From positions 1 through 54,722 of the IMG/VR virus record IMGVR_UViG_3300017751_000022: DNA of 54,722 nucleotides. The stretch is one strand, 5' to 3'. Within the stretch, counting starts at the first letter, position 1. Every line of letters begins with the position of its first letter. Source of the DNA: a virus (Duplodnaviria; Caudoviricetes). The notes under the pieces are model-generated. The model did no database searches. It had not been told where the DNA came from and saw nothing but the letters and a program-made list of their open reading frames with translations. The position numbers and the translations under genes were made by a program. This document shows, piece after piece, positions 18,142 through 27,137 of the stretch.

Positions 18142-20961
18142 ATGACAGTTTCAAAATACACAAAGTTTGGTTTACGAGCAGATAGAAACCTATCAGATTT
18201 ACCTGATGCAAATACTGCGTTAGGCAATGTATTAGACGATTTCGATATTAACGCAGAATTCGTTCCTGCTGATTTAAATGTTATAGACGGGTTAAGAACA
18301 ACGAATCTATATGTTGAAGATTTTACTGAATTAGAAAACGGTCTACAGCAATATCAACCTATTGTGCAGAATGCTGACGGAATCAATATCGTAGGCATAA
18401 GAGAACCTGTCAATCCTTTAGTGACTGTTAGAGATAATCTTTTAAATAAGAAATCTGTATTAGGTGATCCGCCTTACGGTGTTGGGGGAACTGGTCCTAC
18501 TACAAAAGTCGTAGCTTCTACTATTCTTAGAGACGGTGTACTGGGTGATGGCGATGACGCTATTGATGCAGATCATCTTAAAGTATTGACTGTTACCGCA
18601 ATTGATTCTGGTGCCACTATTACTGTTGATCAAGCATCGTACAATGTTCGTATAGGCGATTTGATTACAATAACAGGTACAATCACTAACGGTGCAATAC
18701 CTGGATACACAACAGGAAAACAATACTTAGTTACTGCTATAAATTCTCTTGCAGGACAAGTTATTGCGTTCGATATTAAAGATGCTGATACTGGAGCAGC
18801 AATCACATCAGCGACAGCAGGAACACTCGCAGGCGCAACATTTACAGTAATTCGAAATTCTGCAAATATCAGCCACGATTTGTCTGCCACACCTGATGAT
18901 ATCTTTGATACGGCAAATGAAACTGTTATTACTAATGACGAGTATTGGGTAAATGGTATTTTTGCATTCAGTAACAGATTGCATCAGACATTTAAAGATG
19001 AATTTGGAGCATTACATTTTGACGGATACATAGGAAATCCTAATCGCCTTGATATATGGATACAAACAAACGGATTTTTGTTATTTGAAAAGTTTGACGA
19101 AGATGGTCAGCGTGTAATAGTGAAACAAGTGACTCAAGAAGAATTTGATGTGACTATGATTGGTGGCGTGTCAACCAATTATTTTTCAGTTAGCGAAAGT
19201 GATATGACACACCTAATGCGAGGAATGACATTTACTGATGATAATGGGACAGAGATAGAAATAACAAACTTATCTTCGACAAGTAGTTCAAATAATTATG
19301 TGACATGTAGCCCCAATCCTGTATTGGCTACTAACTCTATAATCACAATATCGTATGATTATGGCAACACAAACGTAATTACCGAGCGCTATAAACCTGA
19401 TGATTTGCTAAGAGGAGAAAATCAAAGACACAGATTGACACTATGGTGGCCTAATGTTACTAAATTTAGTCCTCAAAAAACAAGAGGGTTTTATTCATCT
19501 GCATATGCAAAAATTGATATTGCGGACGGATCAACATCATTGTATGATGGAATGCCTTACTTCTATTGGTACAAAGAAAAGCAAGGTGCGCCAAAATCAG
19601 TTCCTAAACAATATACGTTTGAGAAATTTAAAAGGGATCGTATAAGTTATACTAACACTCAAACTGAAGAGCATGTTTCAAACGAAAATCCGGTATTCAT
19701 TAGATATACTCCACCTGCACCAACTGAACTTAGTTCAATTTCTCGTAATACTTTTTCAAGTAGTCAATTTTACGTAGAGGGTGGCATCCAATGGAACGGT
19801 CAGTATAAGTTTGCGGTTCCTGGTTCGTTGGGAGTACAGGTTGGTGATTACATGTATATGACTCCCGGTAATGCATCATATACAAATCACTATCTTTTAC
19901 AAGTTGTTGAAATAAAAAATAATATTGCAACAATGAATCCTCACCAAGCAACAGATATTGATACTATAATGAGTTATTATGGTTTGTCTGAGGGTGATGC
20001 AGTTAATTCTTGGTGGATTCGAGGTGATTCAGGTATAGCAGGAATTTACAGTAGTGTAAGTGGAATTTCATTAACCGGGGCATCAGAAGTTGCAACACAT
20101 TCAATTAAACCTGTTTTGAATCATGCTGATTATGGTTTCACTACCGCAGATCCTGTTGTTGGTGATTATGTAGCAGAACTATCGGCATCAGGACATGATC
20201 AAATGAGAAGAATATCAGGATTAAGTATTAACTTAAGCAATCCTGGTGCTGACGGATCATTTACTTCAACACACATAGGAGGTCCTGCAACTTATTCGGT
20301 AGGTGCCGCACCTAGTCCTGTTGTTGTGATTGCACATCGTGGGTTGGTTGACAGATCGATTGCCGAGGTTTGTACTGATGTGTACGGCCTTGAAGTGACT
20401 GCTAATACTGCAGGTGGTGTAGCAACCAGTGACGAAATAACAGTAACTGATACATCAGCAATTCTTGTTGGTGATTATATTCAATTTGAAGGTTTGGGTG
20501 GCGCAAATGATCCGGTAATCCCAACAGGAACAACAGTAGCAAGTGTTGACTCGGCAACTCAAATAACAATTAGTAACGCAATTCCTTCAGGTAAAACTCT
20601 TAATGCTGCTTCAACCGTTGTATTGATTAGGGCAAATGCAGGACCTAATACCGATGCATGGGGAAATAATGGAGGATATTCTAATAAAGAGGCATGTGTT
20701 CTCCCATTAAACACCGCACCGCCCTTTGTTGGGACTAATTTAGGTCTAGCAACAACTAGCACTCACCCTCATATTGTTGTCGGGGGAGAATTTGGTGTGA
20801 CAGGATTGAAAATTGCGCCTCCGCCAGAAACTGGCGATTCTACGACAGTTGATGAAGTTGCTGCTGGAGACGTAAAAGCAACTAAAGGAATGCTAGTCAA
20901 AAACAAACCTAATAATATTGACCCGCTAAATTCATATTGGGTTTTAATGGAAGATGCTTAA
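18142..20961 (+). CDS. Virion structural/fibre-like protein with possible PA14-like domain (939 aa); only plus-strand gene
   Basis: Long ORF with GAGG SD and a late promoter. N-terminal KFGLRADRNLSDL..ALGNVL motif resembles the two neighbouring minus-strand genes; GALHFDGYI..LLRGENQRHRLTLWW is weakly PA14-like. Confidence 0.65.
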   Translation: MTVSKYTKFGLRADRNLSDLPDANTALGNVLDDFDINAEFVPADLNVIDGLRTTNLYVEDFTELENGLQQYQPIVQNADGINIVGIREPVNPLVTVRDNLLNKKSVLGDPPYGVGGTGPTTKVVASTILRDGVLGDGDDAIDADHLKVLTVTAIDSGATITVDQASYNVRIGDLITITGTITNGAIPGYTTGKQYLVTAINSLAGQVIAFDIKDADTGAAITSATAGTLAGATFTVIRNSANISHDLSATPDDIFDTANETVITNDEYWVNGIFAFSNRLHQTFKDEFGALHFDGYIGNPNRLDIWIQTNGFLLFEKFDEDGQRVIVKQVTQEEFDVTMIGGVSTNYFSVSESDMTHLMRGMTFTDDNGTEIEITNLSSTSSSNNYVTCSPNPVLATNSIITISYDYGNTNVITERYKPDDLLRGENQRHRLTLWWPNVTKFSPQKTRGFYSSAYAKIDIADGSTSLYDGMPYFYWYKEKQGAPKSVPKQYTFEKFKRDRISYTNTQTEEHVSNENPVFIRYTPPAPTELSSISRNTFSSSQFYVEGGIQWNGQYKFAVPGSLGVQVGDYMYMTPGNASYTNHYLLQVVEIKNNIATMNPHQATDIDTIMSYYGLSEGDAVNSWWIRGDSGIAGIYSSVSGISLTGASEVATHSIKPVLNHADYGFTTADPVVGDYVAELSASGHDQMRRISGLSINLSNPGADGSFTSTHIGGPATYSVGAAPSPVVVIAHRGLVDRSIAEVCTDVYGLEVTANTAGGVATSDEITVTDTSAILVGDYIQFEGLGGANDPVIPTGTTVASVDSATQITISNAIPSGKTLNAASTVVLIRANAGPNTDAWGNNGGYSNKEACVLPLNTAPPFVGTNLGLATTSTHPHIVVGGEFGVTGLKIAPPPETGDSTTVDEVAAGDVKATKGMLVKNKPNNIDPLNSYWVLMEDA

Positions 20962-22424
20962 GACCACAAATTGTTAGTAGTTGCGACATCATCATCTAGA
21001 AGCAATAGGTAATATGTTTCACCATCTACCTCTATTTCAACTTTGTGTGTCCAATTATCGGCGACAGAAAATCCTGTTCCTGCAGTAGATGTGTTTACTG
21101 CAGTATTATCAACAACTAAAGATGGGTTAGGACCTTCGAATATAAGATTAAACACGTCTGCATTCTGTGAATCACTAACTGACCCATCATCATTAACTGT
21201 ACGCAACACGTTCAAAGACCCATGAGTCCCTACAGTTTCAGTTGCAACCGCCCATGGGTTTTTTAAACTTGAAAATGCTCTTTCTTTTAACCCATCTGCC
21301 ATAATGTACAACCCAGGCATAGTGTCGTCAGTTACTCCGCCGACATTTAATTCCAGCGAATCATCATTAGAGATAACAGTCTTACCTAAAACTTCCAGAG
21401 TTTTCTTTAACACCGTGGGTTTGTAATTAACAACACTTTTTGATTCTTTATTATAAAATATATTAATTGCAATATCTATTTCTGCATCACGACCATTCAA
21501 AGTCTCTCTTTTCAAAAATGTGACCGATTTTGAAGGATCTCTTGGGTCAGTAAATCTTTCAACTTCATCATACGGCGATGATCCATCATCTAATGTTGGG
21601 CGATCTTTTGATAGATTTGTCATAGCTTCAAAAGTGACTGGATCTTCCCGCCTAAATACTTTTTCATTTAAATATTCAAATGCGTGCCAGGTTGCGAGTG
21701 CGCCGTATCCGCCAACAGCAGTAGGATCATATGTGTATAATCTAAACCTATCAACAGAGTTGCTTTCTCTTACTTTATAAAATGTTCTGATGCCAGAGTT
21801 ACTTACTGTATAAACTAATGTTCCATTAGTGAAGGGTTTGTAACCAACTGTTGTTGAAGGTATGACAATATATGTCAATGCATCAGGATCCGATGAAGGT
21901 AAATCAATTGCAGCCAAATCTAACCTGTGCTCTTCACCTGTCGTAGTTGCACCGCCAAATGTTAATGTTGTAGGAACTGCAGCAATTGCATCATTGTAAT
22001 TCGCCGCTAATTTTATAGTATTACTCGTTTGAACAACAACATAAAACACATCACCTTGGGCCCATCGTCCGCCCGATTTACTTACTGCAGTTCCGCCAGC
22101 ATTATCATATACAACTTTTTCACCTGTTTTAAATCTATGGTTCGGTACAGTGAGTATGTTATTAACAATTGCAGTACTAGGGTTAAATGTTACTGCTCTG
22201 AAAACAACTTCATCAGTTGAATAATACGCCTTTGAACTAGCAGTGTAATTTCCATCACCAACAGAAGATCCATACCTAACTAAAGATGTTGTTTTAAGGT
22301 TATTAGAAAATAATAGAATGTCACTAGATATACCCTCTCCGCCAAGGTTATTGAATATGCCTTGTGCAGAAAGTGCATTCTCTGATTCCGCTAAATTTAA
22401 TGATTTTGCAAATCCTAACGCCAT
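20958..22424 (-). CDS. Virion structural protein (488 aa)
   Basis: LGFAKSLNLAE..IFNNLGG N-terminus; one copy of the HG/HxF-TGE-VVY module; C-terminal THKVEIEVDGETYYLLL. Confidence 0.6.
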   Translation of the reverse strand: MALGFAKSLNLAESENALSAQGIFNNLGGEGISSDILLFSNNLKTTSLVRYGSSVGDGNYTASSKAYYSTDEVVFRAVTFNPSTAIVNNILTVPNHRFKTGEKVVYDNAGGTAVSKSGGRWAQGDVFYVVVQTSNTIKLAANYNDAIAAVPTTLTFGGATTTGEEHRLDLAAIDLPSSDPDALTYIVIPSTTVGYKPFTNGTLVYTVSNSGIRTFYKVRESNSVDRFRLYTYDPTAVGGYGALATWHAFEYLNEKVFRREDPVTFEAMTNLSKDRPTLDDGSSPYDEVERFTDPRDPSKSVTFLKRETLNGRDAEIDIAINIFYNKESKSVVNYKPTVLKKTLEVLGKTVISNDDSLELNVGGVTDDTMPGLYIMADGLKERAFSSLKNPWAVATETVGTHGSLNVLRTVNDDGSVSDSQNADVFNLIFEGPNPSLVVDNTAVNTSTAGTGFSVADNWTHKVEIEVDGETYYLLLLDDDVATTNNLWS

Positions 22425-22433
22425 CTTTATTTC

Positions 22434-25400
22434 CTACGCATTGATTGAAAGCTGCCAATTGGCAGTTGTTGTTAATTTTTGTATAATCCCAGCAAGGACT
22501 GGGTTTTCTACCAGTTGTGATAATGAAATTTGCGGATTACCAAGCAAGTTAATATTTACATTGCCTCGCTTTGCGTTTTCATAATTCTGTTCAAGGTCTC
22601 TAAGAAGCCTTTCTGCTGATCCCGCAGACAATTGGTTATTGCTCAAGTTTAATGAATTTAACGATGTGCAATCAGGAAGAGAGCCCAACAAATATTCAAT
22701 TAAATTGTTATCTTGCAAATATATCTCTTGTATATTTAAACAATTGTCAAACCTTGGGACGATACCTGCAATGTTATTGTTGTTCGCTTTAAACTTCCAC
22801 AACTGCGCCGCTTCTAAATTTGCAACTTGAGATAACTGGTTATTGTCTATTGATATTTCATCAACAAAAGCGTTCGATATTGTAAACGCACCTGAGAACT
22901 TGTTATTACTTAGTGTCAAAGTAGATAAACTTCCCGCACCAGAGAAGTCAGGTATTTGGCCAGTCATTTCTGTATTAGTAATTTTAAATGTTGAAATTGA
23001 TGCAAGGAATGTCACATTCGGGAACTTTCCACGAATGTTTTTTGAAGTTGCAGATGCATTCTTTCCTTTGCCTTCAAGTTCGAATGTTGCCAAATTAGCA
23101 CAGTTAGCAAATGTCGCAGATGTACCTTGTATTTCAACAGCAGTTCCCGCTACTAACGGCACTCGTCTTACAGGTCTAACATAATATACATGATTCTTGT
23201 TTTCTAATATTTCTTTGCCGTCTATAAAACTCTTAGCGTATCCGTCAACATTATTATTAGCACTTGTTGATGTCCAGTAGTAACCTGTGCGATTGGTAAT
23301 AGAAACATTATCAATTGTGAAATTGCAGTTGTGTGATTCTACTCTCACATGAATTTGCGTTGATGCATTTACTGCAAATGTTCCTGAAACTGGACCTGAA
23401 CCTGCTGATGCTAAAACTTCACCTGTACCTAAAACATCACCTGCAGTTGGCGAACTTCCTGTAGCAACTGTTAAAACTGCTTTGTCTTGCTCAGCATCTG
23501 TTCCCCCGTCATAAAGCGTAGCTGAAGCGCCATTAATTGCGGCACCATCATTTGCGGCAGTGAATAGGTCGCCTAATGTTGGCGACCCTGAAAGGCCAGC
23601 GGCATTCCAGTCGAAGGCGTGATTAGATGTGAAATCATACCTGTTATTCGATCTTGATACAATAGCAATCAAGCCTCCCATTGCACTGTGGAATTGGCAA
23701 CCATAGTTAATGGCAACAATAGTCCCATCAGTTGCAGTAATTGTTGAAATGCCGTTAGACGTTGAAACAGTGACTCCTGAAGAAGAAGTAAACTGTAGAG
23801 GGTGATTAACACTGCCAATATAATTTGCATTGGAAGGATCCGTTCTGTTGTCAATTATTAAAGTGTCGCCAGTATATAATTTGAGAGAAGGATCATTCGA
23901 TGAACTGTATGAACTTTCAGAATCAGTGCCCGACAATATGTAATTGCTATTGCCGTCTGCACCAGTTATTGTTAAAGTATGCGTTTGCGGAGAATTGTCT
24001 TCAGTAAATTCATGAACTACAGGAGTTGCTGCAGTTGCATTTGCATAACTAGTTGCTAGTTTAAATGTATTAGTGCCTGTTTTAATTGTATAATAATCTG
24101 CATTTGCACTCAAACCTGTAACTGAACCCACTTGTCCCGAATCAAGCGAAAATTCAACTCGACCACCTGTAACAAAAGGATGTCCATTCGATGTGATTTG
24201 ATTGTTGCCAAAATCTAAATTAGCGTACGGAACATTATTAACACTGGCACGCTGAGTTCCAACGGATACAACCTTATACTCTTCACCAGTAACAAAGTTT
24301 CCTCCAGTTACAACATTTTGGTCACACGTAATAGCAGCAGAGAAGTCATATGTCCCCTTAGGTAGAACTATAACTTGATATACACCTGCATCGCCGTCTC
24401 CGTCCTGTGTCACAGATAAGTTTTGTCCTGCCGTGACTGCTGTCGAACCACCAGAGAATGGCGACCAGTTCGCTGATGTGCCTGAGATAAATGTTCCGTT
24501 TAACACTTTTTCATCTGGTGTATCAACATTAAATGCTTGCGCTCCACCTGCTTGGAATGCACTTGATGAGGTTTGCCCTGGATTTCCTTGTGTATAAGTT
24601 GCGTTATATGAGGGAACTGAATTCAAATTATTTCCCTGTGTTATGTCGTTTGCATCTGAACTAGGTTTCAAGTTTCTGTATATTACCTCTAATTCATCTT
24701 GTGACGGCAAATACCAATCAGTAAAATTCTGTCCGCCATTGATAGAACTGTCAGTATTATTGATATCCAATGCATCAGCAAAGGCAGCTGCTTCATAAGA
24801 AACTCCGCCCGCTGCTTCCGGCGTTGTATTAACCCAACCATTTGCACCGTCAACGCCACCTGCTGAGGCATCACCAGCGCCAGAATATCTAGCCAAAAAC
24901 CTTTCGTGTGATTTATCAGCTACAATAAGATAATATGTGTCAGATGCGAGCGTTCCAGAATTATCCTTCATAACTCCGCCGTAATAACCGCCTTGGAAAC
25001 TACTACCATAAGGTCCTGCGGGAGGAACAACAGTTTGCAATTGGAAATCGTTTGCAAAGAAATTGTATTCTGCATCGTCAAGTATGTGATTTACACCGTT
25101 ACTATCAGTGAAGTCATGATTGCCATCTGTCATTTTGAAGTATGACAAACTAGTTGTTCCATTAAATGTGTCGGGAGACAACCTTCCTGTGAACCTAGTG
25201 TTACCCAGACTCAAAGTTGTTAATGATGGCAAATTTTGAAAAGTATTATTGATTCTGCCATTAACATAACTATTTGCTAAATATACTGCTCCTAATGATT
25301 CACATCCGCTAAAGTAACCTTCAATGCCCGTTGACGTGGGCGGATTTGCATATGAATACAACTCAGATAATGTGACACTTTCTAAATACTTTTTACCAGA

Positions 25401-27137
25401 AAAATCAGGAACAGAAATGTTGTTGCCTACTAAAGACACCTTTGTTAAAGGATGTTCACCTGCCTGCCCAGCAGAGTTTGTATTAGGAAATGTCAATACG
25501 CTTTGATTGGTTCCATTTGCAAGCTTTTGACCATCAATGTTGCAGTATGCGACATCTATGTGTGTCAACTTTAATGAAGACATTACACTATAAGATAATT
25601 TCGTGTATCTGTGATTTCTTACATGATAAACTTTGATCGTGTTTGAATTAACTTTAGGTGTCTCGCCGGTATCAAACATTGTTCTAGTGGGAGAACCTGA
25701 ATAATACGCATTCCAATATAAATGAGTCAATGAACTATCAGTTAATTTTGTTATTTTATAATCGAAACCTGATGATGGCGGTGTCAATGTAAGAGAACTT
25801 CCACCAGAACTTCCAGAAAGTTTTACGCTATCACTATCAGCACTTACGACATAATATTGGCCATAGTTTGTCAAATTTGATATTGCTGAATTTGATTCTT
25901 GCTCATACACAACCACATCACCGTTTTGCAACCCGTGTCCCGCTGATACGATTTCATTATTGCTGACACTAGCAACATTAAATGTTATTGATTGTGTTGT
26001 TTTTAATGATGATAAATCAATAAAAGTACTGTCAGAGAATGTCGCATTGATACTCAACTTTGTTACTGATGCAGGACACCTTGTTAAAAGTTGTGTGTGC
26101 GCTGTCAAAGAGTTATCTTTTGTACTGAAACCGTTACCTGACATAGAAATTTCTCTCAAATTCTGAGAATGCCCATTAATGTACCCGCCTGCTATTTTAA
26201 AGAAGTCAGGAAATTCATTAAATAGGTTTGCTGGCGCACTAAATAGATTAAGGTTTTTCAATTCAGCATCTGGAAGATTTCTCAATCCCATGGATGAAAA
26301 TTTTAATTGTATAACACCAGAAGGATTATAGAAAAGTTCTAATTTCTTATCAGCGGGTGATGATTCAAATGATGCTGTCTGTAATGCACTACTATTTGCT
26401 GACCCAAAAACTGCAACCCTTTGCACAGGATCTATGTTTTCGTTGACAAATTCAACCGCAGGAGTAACGCTCGTGGGCGATACTTTATATTCAAGTTTTC
26501 CTAACTGCCAAAAACCTTCGAATGTCAACGGAATGTTTTTCATCGCATATAATTTTCTATTAGTTCCGTTGATGTTCATTGTGATTTGATGCGTTGCAAC
26601 CTCAGCGTCAAATTTCCTAGGTGTAACTTCACCTTTAAAAATTATATTGTCTGTTTTTACGACACTTTTTGTAGAATGTGCGTAGGATGTTGTGCTTGAA
26701 TCATAAGGGTTTATTTTGAGGTCAGCATTATAGAACACAGGACCATCACCAATTTGTGACCAAGATGATATACGACTTGTGGATATATCTGCACTTTTTG
26801 TTGCACCTAAACTGTCAACATAGTTGTATTTTATTGCACCTGCTCTAAGTTGATGATCAATTCTTAAGTCAGATTGTAATCCATCAGTAGTATCTGAAAG
26901 TGCAGTAAGTTCGCCAGTCACATACTCAGATGATTTAAACAAACTAAATTGTTGTTTTTCTTGATCTAGGTCAAGATTTCCCAACAGGTGTAGCATTTGT
27001 TTTGTTAAACCTGCAGAGGCAATACCACGAATATGGTCAAGGTCATCTCTATTTACACCCAAATTCTTCAATGACAGTTCTAAGTCATTGACATCGTTGA
27101 GGTAAAACCCTGTATTTAGACCTATAAATTTTGCCAT
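22434..27137 (-). CDS. Leucine-rich-repeat mosaic protein with DUF1566/Lcl-like, CBM-like and cupredoxin-like inserts (1567 aa)
   Basis: LRRs (LPSLTTLSLGNTRFTG, SLSTLTLSNNKFSG, SLNSLNLSNNQLS); DWYLPSQDEL..YYWTSTS..VRPVRR; NHPL..YGCQFHSAMGG. Confidence 0.75.
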   Translation of the reverse strand: MAKFIGLNTGFYLNDVNDLELSLKNLGVNRDDLDHIRGIASAGLTKQMLHLLGNLDLDQEKQQFSLFKSSEYVTGELTALSDTTDGLQSDLRIDHQLRAGAIKYNYVDSLGATKSADISTSRISSWSQIGDGPVFYNADLKINPYDSSTTSYAHSTKSVVKTDNIIFKGEVTPRKFDAEVATHQITMNINGTNRKLYAMKNIPLTFEGFWQLGKLEYKVSPTSVTPAVEFVNENIDPVQRVAVFGSANSSALQTASFESSPADKKLELFYNPSGVIQLKFSSMGLRNLPDAELKNLNLFSAPANLFNEFPDFFKIAGGYINGHSQNLREISMSGNGFSTKDNSLTAHTQLLTRCPASVTKLSINATFSDSTFIDLSSLKTTQSITFNVASVSNNEIVSAGHGLQNGDVVVYEQESNSAISNLTNYGQYYVVSADSDSVKLSGSSGGSSLTLTPPSSGFDYKITKLTDSSLTHLYWNAYYSGSPTRTMFDTGETPKVNSNTIKVYHVRNHRYTKLSYSVMSSLKLTHIDVAYCNIDGQKLANGTNQSVLTFPNTNSAGQAGEHPLTKVSLVGNNISVPDFSGKKYLESVTLSELYSYANPPTSTGIEGYFSGCESLGAVYLANSYVNGRINNTFQNLPSLTTLSLGNTRFTGRLSPDTFNGTTSLSYFKMTDGNHDFTDSNGVNHILDDAEYNFFANDFQLQTVVPPAGPYGSSFQGGYYGGVMKDNSGTLASDTYYLIVADKSHERFLARYSGAGDASAGGVDGANGWVNTTPEAAGGVSYEAAAFADALDINNTDSSINGGQNFTDWYLPSQDELEVIYRNLKPSSDANDITQGNNLNSVPSYNATYTQGNPGQTSSSAFQAGGAQAFNVDTPDEKVLNGTFISGTSANWSPFSGGSTAVTAGQNLSVTQDGDGDAGVYQVIVLPKGTYDFSAAITCDQNVVTGGNFVTGEEYKVVSVGTQRASVNNVPYANLDFGNNQITSNGHPFVTGGRVEFSLDSGQVGSVTGLSANADYYTIKTGTNTFKLATSYANATAATPVVHEFTEDNSPQTHTLTITGADGNSNYILSGTDSESSYSSSNDPSLKLYTGDTLIIDNRTDPSNANYIGSVNHPLQFTSSSGVTVSTSNGISTITATDGTIVAINYGCQFHSAMGGLIAIVSRSNNRYDFTSNHAFDWNAAGLSGSPTLGDLFTAANDGAAINGASATLYDGGTDAEQDKAVLTVATGSSPTAGDVLGTGEVLASAGSGPVSGTFAVNASTQIHVRVESHNCNFTIDNVSITNRTGYYWTSTSANNNVDGYAKSFIDGKEILENKNHVYYVRPVRRVPLVAGTAVEIQGTSATFANCANLATFELEGKGKNASATSKNIRGKFPNVTFLASISTFKITNTEMTGQIPDFSGAGSLSTLTLSNNKFSGAFTISNAFVDEISIDNNQLSQVANLEAAQLWKFKANNNNIAGIVPRFDNCLNIQEIYLQDNNLIEYLLGSLPDCTSLNSLNLSNNQLSAGSAERLLRDLEQNYENAKRGNVNINLLGNPQISLSQLVENPVLAGIIQKLTTTANWQLSINA

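Noticed and set aside
18142-20961. Invertible (shufflon or Gin-like) fibre cassette to explain the lone plus-strand gene
   Set aside because: No flanking inverted repeats seen, no recombinase in the window, and the gene has its own promoter and an interlocked stop codon.
23160-23288. Diversity-generating retroelement target (DUF1566/CLec-type C-terminal motif)
   Set aside because: No reverse transcriptase or adenine-variant template repeat seen in the window, and the motif is internal rather than C-terminal. A trans-acting element elsewhere cannot be excluded.
23320-24330. Intein (segment running from Cys in ITCDQ to ESHN|C)
   Set aside because: No intein block A or B motifs; the HNC is better explained as part of the CBM-like C-terminal strands.
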